This document shows positions 27,475-42,197 of a stretch of 64,000 nucleotides of DNA, piece by piece. Every line of letters begins with the position of its first letter. Position 1 is the first letter of the stretch. The notes below the pieces were generated by a model that saw only the letters and a program-made list of their open reading frames with translations, did not search any database and was not told the origin of the DNA. The translations under genes and the position numbers were made by a program. This stretch comes from Eledone cirrhosa (taxonomy: Eukaryota), in contig OZ024741.1 in the NCBI GenBank assembly GCA_964016885.1, forward strand, positions 313,844,001 to 313,908,000, read 5' to 3'.

Positions 27475-28464
27475 GTATTTCATAAAAGTTTTACGAAATT
27501 ACTATACACATACATACATTCACCCACATACACAAACACACACACACATATTCTGGCGTAAAGGTTGATCATTTGCATAAGTCGACCCATCAAATATTGT
27601 GGTGTAATTCAAGTTGAGGCCTATATACGCCGGTTGAGACGACACCCCTGGTATAAGTGATCACCATCTCTCCAGCCGTAGATATGCTTGCCGTTGTTTA
27701 TTGGTATAAAATAGAAAACATGGAAATAAACACTAAATAGTTGTAAAATAAAAATGCATGTGAGGAAAGTACAATTTGTAAAATTCATTTTTCAGTTAAC
27801 AAAAAGATTTAACTGAACTGTTTTATTAGTATACAACATGCTACCACACCGTCACTTGGTACGCTGGAATTTAAAAAACCCAAATATTCCTTATCCAATG
27901 TGTATCAGCATTACGTGTCGATATATTTTTACTTTCGACCTGTTTTGTTTCGTGGGAAATTACCGTAGATTTTCCGATAGGGTAGATAATTCAGTGAACG
28001 AGTATACCATCAATATTATAACTATAATATTAATAAAAATATTATATATATGTGTATGTATTTACATATGTAAGTATTTATGTATGTGTGTAAATATGCA
28101 TTTATACAGTATATATTATATATATATATATACTTGTGTGTTTGTATGTGTGTGTGTTAATTTAAATGTATGATATCGCAAATACATATCGTAGGAACTG
28201 ATAAAATATGGTAAGATTTGGGTGAATATAAATGTTATTTTTCTAATAATATTGTTTGTTCCTATCATAATTTTATTAACAATGCATTCAACTCAACTGA
28301 AATTCCATGTATATTTTATAGAGGAGCGATGTAATATTCAATGAACACGTCGTTTAATTATCACAAGACCACGTTAAACTTAACATTTTCTATAAACCGA
28401 ACCATTGATATCTATATGTAATTATTGATATATGCAACATTATCACATATTGCGTAACATTCAG

Positions 28465-28599
28465 AATGCCGAGAAGGAAGGTTTGGTTTTTGTTGTTATG
28501 GGATATGCAATTGTATCAACAATACTAACTGTGACAAGCGAAATGGAACATGTTTAGACGGATGTTCTGCAGGTTATATTGGTGTCAATTGCCAAGAAG
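28465..28599 (+). CDS. EGF-like exon F (135 nt, phase 1-1; extra Cys)
   Basis: attcag|...G|gtattt; ECREGRFGFCCYGICNCINNTNCDKRNGTCLDGCSAGYIGVNCQE; 1125-bp tandem copy of the exon E unit. Confidence 0.8.
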
Positions 28600-29861
28600 G
28601 TATTTCATAAAAGTTTTAAGAATTTACTATACACATACATACATTCACCCACATACACAAACACACACACACATATTCTGGTGTAAAGGTTGATCATTTG
28701 CATATGTCGACCCATCAAATATTGTGGTGTAATTCAGGTTGAGGCCTATATACGCCGGTTGAGACGAGACCCCAGGTATAAGGCATTACCATCTCCCCAG
28801 CCGTAGAGAATGCTTTCCGTTGTTTATTTGCATAAAATATAAAACATGGAAATATATTCTAAAACGTTGTAAAATAAAAATGCATGTGAAAAACGTTTAG
28901 TTTGGAAAATTTATTTTTCAGTTAACAAAATAATTTAACTGAGCTGTTTTATTAGTAGACAACATGCTACCACACCGTCACTTGATACGCGTTAATTTAA
29001 AAAACCTAAATATTCCTCACCCAATGTGTATCACCATTGCATGACGATATATGTTTACTTTGATCTGCTTTGTTTCGTGGGGAAGTCACCTGAGGTTTTC
29101 GGATAATTTAGATAATTCAGTGCATCAGTATGCTGTTAATGTTATAACTATAATATTAATAGTAATATTATATATATATGTATGTATGCATATATGTATG
29201 TATGTACGTATGTAAGTGTGTATGTTGCTTGGTAAATATGCATTTATACATATATATATATACCGTACATATTATATATATATATGTATGTGTGTGTTTG
29301 CAGATCGTAGGATCTGATAAAATATCGTAAGATTTAGCAGGATTATATATGTTATTTTTCTAATAATATTGTTTGTTTCTTTCATAATCTTATTAACATT
29401 GCATTTAACTGAACTGGAAATCCATGTATAACTTATAGAGGATCGATGTAATATTCAATAAATATACAAGTTCATTTGTTTATCACAAGATCACATAAAT
29501 CTTAAAATTTTGTATCAAATTGTATCATTGATATCTGTATGTAATTAATGATATATGCAACATTATCACATTTAGTGATAGTTTCAGAACAGTTAACAAA
29601 ATGATTTAACTGAACTGTTTTATTAGTAAACTACATGCTACCACATCGTGACATGAGACGCGGTAATTTTAAAAACCTAAATATTCCTTATCCAATGTGT
29701 ATCAGCATTTCATAGCGATATACTTTTACTTTCGACCTGTTTTGTTTCGTGCTGAAATGACCGTAGTTTTTTCTGATAGTTTAGATAATTCAGTGAATCT
29801 ATATACCATTAATATTATAATTATGATATTCATGATAATATTCTATATATAAATATATACA

Positions 29862-29915
29862 TGCTAGCGTGGAAGAACGGACGTAAAACGGTGATGATGA
29901 TGATGATGATGATTA
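29862..29915 (+). mobile_element. 3' tail fragment of RTE/OR2-type SINE with (GAT)n
   Basis: gctagcgtggaagaacggacgtaaaacggt(gat)n resembles the RTE 3' end at 46669-46717. Confidence 0.6.
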
Positions 29916-29916
29916 T

Positions 29917-29963
<47 letters not shown>

Positions 29964-30002
29964 AATAACAAAGAACGCCTATAGCATATGCATATCTTTA
30001 CT

Positions 30003-30047
30003 TGCTAACATTGTTTCATCCGCACTATAAGTGGGACTCATCAGAGC
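30003..30047 (-). ncRNA. HHR family C (inverted pLTR)
   Basis: revcomp gct-CTGATGA-gtcccacttatagtgcggat-GAAACAAT-GTT-agc. Confidence 0.85.
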
Positions 30048-30623
30048 GTAAAGGTTAATTACATACCATACAAGTAATAACAAATCCAAGACATTGAAGA
30101 ATGAAAAATAATAGAAGATAAAGGATATTAAGGAAGTAAAAGTAAAAATAAGAATAAAAATAAAAATAAAAATAAAAATAAAAATAAAAATAAAAATAAA
30201 AATAAAAATAAAAATAATAAAATAAACAATGAAAAATAAGGGGTGCTATCAGTCACAGTTGGGCGGGGTGCTGTCAACATATAGTTACATACAAGCATAC
30301 ACATGGATAAGAGAACAGACAAGAGTAGATAAGATAGATAGGATTAGGTAAGAGTAGGTAAAAAATAGGTGAAAAACAGACTTATAATATATATAAGAAA
30401 ATATAAAGAAATATGTAACAAACTTACATATAAAATATAAAATATACAGATAATAGTGATACAGGGTAAGGAATGAAATAAAATAATATAAAATTAAAAT
30501 TAAAATTATATAAAATAGAACATAATATAATATAATCATAAAGTAAGATAAAATAAGGTAAACTAAAATAAAATAAAATAGACTAAAGTAAAATAATATA
30601 ATATAAGATATAATTAAATGTAA

Positions 30624-30655
<32 letters not shown>

Positions 30656-30728
30656 AATTAAATAAATAAATAAAATTAAAATTAAAATTAAAATTAAATT
30701 TAAATAAATAAATAAATAAATAAATAAG

Positions 30729-30759
<31 letters not shown>

Positions 30760-31218
30760 ATGAAATTAAATAAGTAAATAAATAAAATAAAATTAGATAA
30801 AATGAAATGAAATAAAATAAAATGAAATAAAGTAAATTGAGATAAGATATATATTTTTTTTAAATATATCTCTTGAATATATCAGGTGCCCACGAAGGCA
30901 CTAAGTGTCACAGTTATCTGTATCACTTGACCATTTTTTAAAAATATATTTCTTGAAAATATCAGGGGCCCACGAAGGCACTAAGTGTCACAGTCACCAG
31001 TATCACTTGACCATTACAAGGCAATGGAGGCGTCCCAAATGGTCAAGTGATACAGATAACTGTGACACTTAGTGCCTTCGTGGGCCCCTGATATATTCAA
31101 GAGATATATTTAAAAAAAATATATATCTTATCTCAATTTACTTTATTTCATTTTATTTTATTTTATTTCATTTCATTTTATCTAATTTTATTTTATTTAT
31201 TTACTTATTTAATTTCAT

Positions 31219-31249
<31 letters not shown>

Positions 31250-31318
31250 CTTATTTATTTATTTATTTATTTAAATTTAATTTTAATTTTAATTTTTATT
31301 TTATTTATTTATTTAATT

Positions 31319-31358
<40 letters not shown>

Positions 31359-31975
31359 TTACATTTAATTATATCTTATATTATATTATTTTACTTTAGT
31401 CTATTTTATTTTATTTTAGTTTACCTTATTTTATCTTACTTTATGATTATATTATATTATGTTCTATTTTATATAATTTTAATTTTAATTTTATATTATT
31501 TTATTTCATTCCTTACCCTGTATCACTATTATCTGTATATTTTATATTTTATATGTAAGTTTGTTATATATTTCTTTATATTTTCTTATATATATTATAA
31601 GTCTGTTTTCCACCTATTTTTTACCTACTCTTACCTAATCCTATCTATCTTATCTACTCTTGTCTGTTCTCTTATCCATGTGTATGCTTGTATGTAACTA
31701 TATGTTGACAGCACCCCGCCCAACTGTGACTGATAGCACCCCTTATTTTTCATTGTTTATTTTATTATTTTTATTTTTATTTTTATTTTTATTTTTATTT
31801 TTATTTTTATTTTTATTTTTATTTTTATTTTTATTTTTATTTTTATTTTTATTTTTATTTTTATTTTTATTCTTATTTTTACTTTTACTTCCTTAATATC
31901 CTTTATCTTCTATTATTTTTCATTCTTCAATGTCTTGGATTTGTTATTGCTTGTATGGTATGTAATTAACCTTTA

Positions 31976-32022
31976 TGCTCTGATGAGTCCCACTTATAGT
32001 GCGGATGAAACAATGTTAGCAA
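31976..32022 (+). ncRNA. HHR family C (5' pLTR)
   Basis: tgct-CTGATGA-gtcccacttatagtgcggat-GAAACAAT-GTT-agca. Confidence 0.88.
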
Positions 32023-32122
32023 GTAAAGATATGCATATGCTATAGGCGTTCTTTGTTATTTATTATATCACGGCTCTGTCCTCAGACATAGCTAACCTTA
32101 TACTGTCTGCTGGATAAGTGGT

Positions 32123-34724
32123 GTGTTATACATCCCTGATCCTCTCCCTAGTATACTATACGGCTCCCACTGGTTGAGCTTGAACTTTGATATACGTGGA
32201 TTTGTGTCCTTGTATATTATCAGGCAGTATGCTAACAAAGACATACTTACCCATTTCCTTGAAGAATATTCCCACCCCCCCCCCCCTAAAATCTCATATG
32301 AGAAATCACTGATAACTAGCATAAACTCATTCGTAAAACGTGTTCGGTGGCGTGCGTTCCATTTTGATAAGAAGTATGATAGCCATGAAGAGAGGCGTAG
32401 TTTTAATAATTATGGATTTAAGACCTATAGGAGCCCCCCGCATAATAGCCTGTTGGATAACTTCGAAAGTGAGCTATTATCCCTTGTTAGGAATATTAGA
32501 TATAAAAAATCTAGATGTACCAATAAATTTCAGAGTAAACTAAGTTCAATCGTTAGGGACTTTAGGGATAATAAATCCATTCTGGTCCCCTCTGACAAAA
32601 CTAAAAACTTATATAGTATGGATTATAAAACCTATCGAGGCTTCATTTATAATGAACTACATAGGAACTACAAAAAAACAACGCAGAGTAATTTAGATAA
32701 TATTAATCTGGAGGGGTATAACATAGTGGTAAAACTAGGTCTGGATAAACACACTCAGCCTTATTACCCCAAGCAGCCTAGATTCACCCTCAAGGACCAC
32801 AAGGAAGATTTTATTAGCAGACCCTCAGTTAGGCTTATCTGCCCCTCCAAGTCTGACCTGGGGATTATTAGTAAGGGAATCTTGGATAGCGTTATTCCCC
32901 TGGTTAGAGAAAAAACTTTCCTTGAGCTTTGGGGTAACACTAGTGAGGTCATTAGGTGGTTCTCTACGGATTGTGGTCGTGACTCACTCAAATTCATCCA
33001 ATTTGATATTGATGCTTATTATACATCTATATCTCCTATTATCCTCAATAAGGCCCTCATCCTAGCCATGCAGAGGGGGGCAATTACAAGGCCACAGATA
33101 GATATTGTTCTCGCTGCACGTAAAACCATTATCATGTTTGAGGATAATCTATGGACGAGAAAAAGCACACCTGATAATTTTGACATTACTATGGGGTCGA
33201 GTGACTCTGCTCAAGTCACCGACTTAGTTGGGCTATACCTCCTCAATGAACTGCATAGTAACTTCCCTTTCCTTAGGGGCGGGTTGTACCGGGATGACGC
33301 CCTACTCTCCATAGATACTAGTAAGTATAATATAGTGCGCATTAGGAAAAAGCTGCATAGTTTTTTAAAACATTTAACCTATCCATTACTATGGATATAA
33401 ATGATAGAACTCTGAACTTCCTGGATGTTACATTGGACTTGGATAACCATACGTACACACCGTACCATAAGCCTAATGAATTGCTGACTTACGTGAATAC
33501 CAACTCTAACCACCCTAGGTCGGTATATCAGCGGTATACTGAAGGGCGTATCCAACAGAATAAGTTCACTCTCACATAGTGAGGAGGCGTTTGACTCGCA
33601 GGCTGATTACTATAATGATGCCTTAGCTAGATCCGGCTTTAGGGACAAATTGTATTACACCCAGGGAATTAATAGTCCTAATAGTAGCTCTACCAGTGTT
33701 GTTATAACACATAATATGTCCATTGGTAATGGAGGTGTCGCGAATGGGAGGGTTCTAAATGCCGGTGGAATGAAGCAGCAGGGCACCATTAGTCTAAGTA
33801 ATAGCAATAGAGGTGTCGCGAATGGGAGGTTTCTAAATGCCGGTGGAATGAACCAGCAGGGCACCATTAGTCTAAGTAATAGCAATGGTAGGCCTCGCAG
33901 CTCCCCGCATAGACTAGGTGAGCATAGTAACCGTAGAAATAATAATGCTAATAATAGTGATGGAAATAGAAAGAATAAAAAGAATAGAAGAAGATTGAAT
34001 GCATACTTCAACCCCCCTTTTAATTCTGAAGTGGCTATAAATATTCCTAGGGCCTTCTTCTCTGTGTTAGAAAGGAACTTCGCTCCTGGTAATAGGTACC
34101 ACTCTATCCTCAATAAGAATGTTGTTAAACTTTCGTATTCTACAACCCAAAATCTGGCCTCTCATCTGGCCATTACTAATAATAAGAAAATAAAGGAAGG
34201 CCTGGACAACCTAAGCCTAGGGGAAAACACGGTAGTGGACAGAGTGGGCAGAAACACAAGTGGTGATCATTCTGAGAATAGCATCACCAGAGGTTGTAAC
34301 TGTAGAAGGGCTTCAGGCTGCCCCCTGAATGGTTTCTGCCTTGTTAGAAACATAGTTTATGCGTGTGATGTGGTAACTACGGCGTCCACTAAAACCTATA
34401 TAGGATCAACCTCCACCCCCTTTAAGACCAGGTTTAACTCTCACCAATGCACTTTTAGACATAATAAACTGAGGAACTCCACCTCCTTGGCAGCGTACGT
34501 CCATAATTTAAAAAAATGCACGAACACATTACACACTTACTTGGCAGCAGGTTGCTAAATCCCATCCATATACTCCTCATAATAGAGTATGTAACCTATG
34601 CCTTGCCGAATCCCACTCTATTATATTTGCCAAATGCCCTCTACTAAATAGAAAGTCTGAAATATTTTCCTCTTGCCCCCACCGAATATTAAGCTCTTTC
34701 TTCTACTTTAAACCTGTTAGCTAG
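32123..34724 (+). pseudogene. Naiad RT + GIY-YIG endonuclease ORF with ~3 frameshifts
   Basis: ORF pieces 32123-33400, 33391-33579, 33650-34558 plus C-terminal CNLC..LLN..E..CPH in another frame. Confidence 0.88.
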
Positions 34725-36227
34725 CACTTCCTTATTTCTCCAGTTGGGCTATCTTGTGTAACTGTCTCTGATTGTGTGTAACTGTCTCCTATTGTTGGTC
34801 TTCTATGTATATGAGTCGGTGAGTGTATACGTATGCCTGCGGGAGGATATTGATCTGGATATTGGGTGTACAGGTGAGTGGGTGTGTATGTTAATAAGCA
34901 CCCCTGTTTTGCACAGCGGATGTAACCCATCCACGCTCGCCTACCCACCATTGGTGCATTGGTGTGTCTATCCTGACGTACATCTTGTGGATCTGTACCT
35001 CTGTATGCGCATGAGTTGTGATGTAATGTATCTATGTAGAGCGTGTACTGTGATATAGGCTGCACTAATAGAAATTTAGCCTGTAACTGTGGGCGGACCT
35101 GTGCCATCCCGCCGTAAGCAGTAGATACGTGGCGCATGTACGTGTTGCCCTCATATTCTGTGGTCTAAGATCTACAGGCTGACTTCTGGGAGCTCTTGCC
35201 CGGGGTTGTAGTCTTTCTAGCACGATCGGCCTTCCATATATTGACGGTCGTTGTTATGATCCCGAAAGTAACGTTTTGGCCCCGATAGCCCTCCGTAGTT
35301 ACTAACGGTCTGTGTACACTTGAATCGGGCAATGGCACGTGCGGACATGATTATCTCCGTAGGAATTCAACTTTATTTTACTACATCTCATCGTATGTAT
35401 TTATTTTGAATGTATTATCCGTGGTGGTGGGTCTTGCCTAATGTGGTATTTCGGTGTTTAATATCAGCTTTGACCCGGGTGTCCTACGCTGTGTGTGTGT
35501 GCGTGTGTGTCTGTGTATACATTTATATGTGTATGGGTGTAGGTGGTTGTATATGTCTGTATATAAAAAAAAAATATATATATATATATGTATACCGTCT
35601 CTGCATATGCATGTGGTGTGTATATGTACATATACGTGCTGAACATATTGATGTGTACAATCTTGTGATGTCCCAATGCGGTGACTTCATGGCTCTTGAA
35701 GCTATTTTTTATATATCCTTTGTCTTTTTATATATCTTTTGTATGCGCTCCAACTGTATCTGCTTGCTTTGGCTAACCCGCCTGCACCTCGCTTGCTACT
35801 GCACGTGAATTCTCCTACCTTCCTTCGATTCACTTCTGTTTGATCATTGGACTCCTGCCCGGGTGTGAACCGGTTTGTGATTACCCCACCGCTCAACTGT
35901 GTGAATGCACACCCGTGACTTTCGAGTGAACTTTTGAGACTGCCCAACCTGGGACGCCTCCATTGCCTTGCAATGGTCAAGTGATACTGGTGACTGTGAC
36001 ACTTAGTGCCTTCGTGGGCCCCTGATATTTTCAAGAAATATATTTTTAAAAAATGGTCAAGTGATACAGATAACTGTGACACTTAGTGCCTTCGTGGGCC
36101 CCTGATATATTCAAGAGATATATTTTTAAAAAATATATATCTTATCTCAATTTACTTTATTTCATTTTATTTTATTTCATTTCATTTTATCTAATTTTAT
36201 TTTATTTATTTACTTATTTAATTTCAT

Positions 36228-36270
<43 letters not shown>

Positions 36271-36343
36271 CTTATTTATTTATTTATTTATTTATTTAAA
36301 TTTAATTTTAATTTTAATTTTAATTTTATTTATTTATTTAATT

Positions 36344-36383
<40 letters not shown>

Positions 36384-37039
36384 TTACATTTAATTATATC
36401 TTATATTATATTATTTTACTTTAGTCTATTTTATTTTATTTTAGTTTACCTTATTTTATCTTACTTTATGATTATATTATATTATGTTCTATTTTATATA
36501 ATTTTAATTTTAATTTTATATTATTTTATTTCATTCCTTACCCTGTATCACTATTATCTGTATATTTTATATTTTATATGTAAGTTTGTTATATATTTCT
36601 TTATATTTTCTTATATATATTATAAGTCTGTTTTTCACCTATTTTTTACCTACTCTTACCTAATCCTATCTATCTTATCTACTCTTGTCTGTTCTCTTAT
36701 CCATGTGTATGCTTGTATGTAACTATATGTTGACAGCACCCCGCCCAACTGTGACTGATAGCACCCCTTATTTTTCATTGTTTATTTTATTTTTATTTTT
36801 ATTTTTATTTTTATTTTTATTTTTATTTTTATTTTTATTTTTATTTTTATTTTTATTTTTATTTTTATTTTTATTTTTATTTTTATTTTTATTTTTATTT
36901 TTATTTTTATTTTTATTTTTATTTTTATTTTTATTCTTATTTTTACTTTTACCTCCTTAATATCCTTTATCTTCTATTATTTTTCATTCTTCAATGTCTT
37001 GGATTTGTTATTGCTTGTATGGTATGTAATTAACCTTTA

Positions 37040-37085
37040 TGCTCTGATGAGTCCCACTTATAGTGCGGATGAAACAATGTTACCA
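37040..37085 (+). ncRNA. HHR family C (3' pLTR)
   Basis: Same core as 31976; one stem I mismatch (acca). Confidence 0.82.
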
Positions 37086-38111
37086 AGTAAAGATATGCAT
37101 ATGCTATAGGCGTTCTTTGTTATTTATTATATCACGGCTCTGTCCTCAGACATCGAGCTAACCTTATACTGCCTGCTGGATAAGTGGAGTGTTATACACC
37201 CCTGATCCTCTTCCTAGTATACTATATATATATATACATGTATGTGTATGTGTATGTGTATACGTATGTATGTACGTAAGTATGTATGTATGTATGTATG
37301 TATGTATGTATGTATGTATGTGTGTATGTGTGTATGCATTTATATATATCTACAGTATATATTTGTTAGAGGCGCAGTGACTAACAACAGAATGTTTTAA
37401 GTCTGCGTGTCTGACAATTATCCGCAGCTTATGATTACAAAATTCAAGGGAGTCGCTGGCCTAGGTGATGATCGCTGCCAAACATGTTTTGTAACGTATC
37501 GTCTTATTGGCTAATTTAATCGTCTTATTGGCTAATTAACCAACGTGAGTAATTGTTGCTCAAAAGCATACGCCTTTTATTTTGCACGTGTATTTATCGT
37601 TTCGCTTTCGAATTTTACTCCTGTATTTCGTCGTTTTATAATGAAAATATATTTCTCGTTTGTGTAAGTTATATTGTTAATTTATATATGACTTTTTAAA
37701 TTTATATTAACCATTTTTTTTCAGTTGGTTATAACATGCTTATAATATTGGTTGTATCATATTTACTTGTATATTTGTCCATATTATTGTTCGTTTTATG
37801 TTAGATTATTTTATTATTATTATGTTAGTTTATATTTTCATTGTTATGATAGACTATTTGTGTGTAATATTTAATTTTTATTAATTCAACTATAACAATT
37901 ATTATGTAAAATATATTTATTTAATATTGATTTTTTTGTAGTTGTTCATATAAAAAATCTGAAAATATTTTTATATATCTTACAATAATATTTATAAGAT
38001 CACTTATAAAATAACAATTATATAATCTAATTACATTACAACGATAATTTATTATTAATATATATCATGTTAAACTAGAGTTATTACAAGCATTGGCTTT
38101 AAAAAATATTA

Positions 38112-38860
<749 letters not shown>

Positions 38861-39185
38861 GTGTGTGTGTTTATTTAAATGTAAGAATGTCGCAATTACA
38901 TATCGTAGTAACTGTTAGAATATGGTAATATATGTAAGGATTATATATGCAACTTTTCTCAAAATATTGTTTGTTTCTTTCATAATGTTTTTAAAATTGC
39001 ATTTAAATGAACTAAAAATTCATGTATATTTTCTAGAGAATCGATATAATATTCAATATATCTACAAGTACATTTGTTTATCACAAGACCAATTTCATCT
39101 GGAAATTTGGTATAATATTGTATCATTGATATCCGTATGTAATTAATGATACCTTCAACATTATCATCTATATTGATATATTTAG

Positions 39186-39319
39186 AATGCAAAGCAGGAA
39201 AGTTTGGTGTTACTTGTAATGGTACATGCCATTGTATCAACAATATGAACCGTGACAAGCAAAATGGAACATGTTCAGATGGATGTTCTGTAGGTTATAC
39301 TTGTATCAATGCCAACAAG
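39186..39319 (+). pseudogene. EGF-like exon G (Cys>Arg, frameshift, degraded donor)
   Basis: [40 protein letters not shown]; 1-nt deletion before the last Cys. Confidence 0.8.
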
Positions 39320-39345
39320 TTATATCATAAATCGTTACGTAGTTA

Positions 39346-39346
<1 letters not shown>

Positions 39347-39415
<69 letters not shown>

Positions 39416-39464
39416 ACACACACACACACACACACGCACACATATATATATATATTCATATATA

Positions 39465-39531
<67 letters not shown>

Positions 39532-39532
39532 G

Positions 39533-39599
<67 letters not shown>

Positions 39600-39817
39600 A
39601 AGTTAAATAAAAGTCAAATGATTAAAATTTAGCTTCGTTTATTACTGCTATATATATTTCACTGAAATATATATAGCAGTAATAAACGAAGCTAAATTTT
39701 AATCATTTGACTTTTATTTAACTTTATTTTACACTACTCCGGAGTAACCAAACCAACCTGCGCACTTCGTCGAGTGCTCCAGCCTGCATACTGAGGTGTT
39801 GGTATACAACCAACATA

Positions 39818-39872
<55 letters not shown>

Positions 39873-40035
39873 CATACATATATATATATATATATATATG
39901 TATATACATACATATATATATATATATATATATGTATATACATACATATATATATATATATATATATGTATATACATACATATATATATATATATATGTA
40001 TATACATACTTATATATATATATATATATATGTAT

Positions 40036-40066
<31 letters not shown>

Positions 40067-40105
40067 CATATACATACATATATATATATACATACATATA
40101 TATAT
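39347..40105. repeat. (CA)n/(TA)n/(TATACA) microsatellite block containing a perfect palindrome at 39594-39730
   Basis: Direct inspection. Confidence 0.9.
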
Positions 40106-40379
40106 AATAAAATAAGATGCTGAGGTTACATATATCGTTTAAGCATTTTAATTATTTCCACGGTTCTCCATGCAATCGAGATGTCCTTTATTCACCTATA
40201 TCGGTGCCACAGCTCGAGTTATCAATAAAAGTAGAAACCTCTTCAATACCTGCCTCCACAGATAATCTGAAACTGTACCGACTAACAACATTGTTGTACC
40301 AGTTGAGGACTATAGCAAACTTGACCGTGGGTACCGGAAGTTATCAACCACTTCTATAGAACCCACCTGCATTTGAAAA

Positions 40380-42060
40380 ATGTCTCTATCACTGCCATTG
40401 CTACTGTCAAATTTCTCTGTACACCTTCTGCATACGTAGATTTCCCTACCTGGTAGTTTGCCTGCTATCTCACTACAACTCCTGTGTCGCCAAGGTCTGG
40501 ATTGTGTACATTTTATAGAATGTATGCTTTTCCTTATCTACATATCGGACATGGCTATTCTCTGACGGAATCAGAGTTTTGTTCTCTTTTCTACTTATCA
40601 ACTCTTTTGTTTTAGCTATGTATACTTCCAGTCCTCTTGATTCCAACTGCTGTTTCCATAGCCAGAATTTATTCTTTGGTTCCTATACTGATTCTGCTAT
40701 ACGAACCAGATGGTCAGCATAGAACTTTTCGATGGGCAGCCAGTCTTAAACTCCTCTGTTATGGCTTAGAGTACTATAATGAACAAGAGCGGACTGAGGA
40801 CCGAACCCAGATATACTCATTCTTGTATCTGCAATTCCTCACTAAATTTATTCCCACTCTCACTTTACTGACAGCACCTCTGTACATAGCTTGCACTGTC
40901 CTCACAAGACATTCCTACACACCTAGTTTCCTTAGGGTCCACCAGATGACAGATCGGGGTACCCTGTCAAAGAGCTTCTGTCGGTCAACAAAAGCCAAGT
41001 TCGTGGCTTATTCTTCTCTAAGTAACACTCTTGTAGTTGTTTCACTAAGAAGAGGGCATCTGTTGTACTTTTCCCTGGCACAACACCAAACTGCATCTCA
41101 TCTAATTTGACCCTTTCTCTAATTAGTTGCGCTAATATTCTATCTGCCACTTTCATAACCTGATCCATCAGCTATATGCCCCTATAATTGCTTCTCTCCA
41201 GAGCATCCCCTTTACCCTTTTAGTAATTTATGAGAATAATGCTGCACCAGTCTATGGGTATAAAACCGCCATATATAGCTTGATTGATGATGCGGGCAAC
41301 CAGTTAAGGGACTACTTCTCCTCATGCCTTCAGCATCTCAGCAACTATCCACGACGGTCCAGCGGCCTTAATATTTTTCATTTCCTTAATTGCCTCTTGG
41401 AATCTATAAGCTTCAATCTCAATAGCTGGCCCCTCTGTCGGCGTTACTGGGGGAAATTTCTCTCTCTCCCATTCGTTCTCCACATTCATCAGTGTCTCAT
41501 AATGACATTTCCAGGCCTCCTTTTCCTGATCATTCGTGACACTAATTACACCAGCATCATTCCGGACACACTTTTTTCTAAAAACATCCGGATTTACACT
41601 AACACACTGCCTGCAATGCGTAACACCGCACGTCCCTAATCTTCCAGTCGCAGAACATTGGCAAACCTCCTACGCTCAGCCTCCCTGCGTGCTAAGTACA
41701 CCTGTCGTCTGGCTTCTCTCTTAGCGGCCGTGAATCCGTCTCTACTCCCACCATTTTACCAAGTATTCCATGCTAGTCTTTTGTCTCTAATGGCCCTATC
41801 TACCGTACTGTTCCACCACCACGTTACTCTCTGTCTGGTAGGAGCTCTGTCCCAGCCACAAGTTTCTTCAGTAGCCTGCAGTAAGTTGTCACGTAAGAAA
41901 TTCCAGTTATCATCTATGTCATACGATTCTAAATCTACTTATTTTTCGTCATACACATCTTGAAGAGCTTTTCTAAATTTATATTTTAGTGAAAAGTCTT
42001 TCAGCTTCCAGACCTTTCTTTTCCACACTTTCCTGTATGTCTCATTTTGTCTCTTGCTTA
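40380..42060 (-). mobile_element. Degraded RTE-clade LINE fragment
   Basis: DQVMKVADRILAQLIRERVKLDEMQFGVVPGKSTTDALF, homologous to the 47-50 kb element; many stops and frameshifts. Confidence 0.85.
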
Positions 42061-42197
42061 TATATATATATATATATAAGTGATAGTGACCTGGGTCAGA
42101 TACGAAGATCGGCAAGATTACCCGCCCTTACCACTGCTGGAATCCGCTAGATGGCTCTTTTTTCATCAGTCTCCATACATAGCAGAAGACATTGAAT

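Larger units (their letters stand above)
29955..37222 (+). mobile_element. Near full-length Naiad-type Penelope-like element with direct pLTRs and an upstream inverted pLTR
   Basis: Inverted pLTR 29955-31037, 5' pLTR ~31038-32160, 3' pLTR ~35950-37222; ORF with PSDKT, FDIDAYY, YRDD, CNC-x5-CPLNGFC, IVY..YIGST; flanked by (TA)n. Confidence 0.93.
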
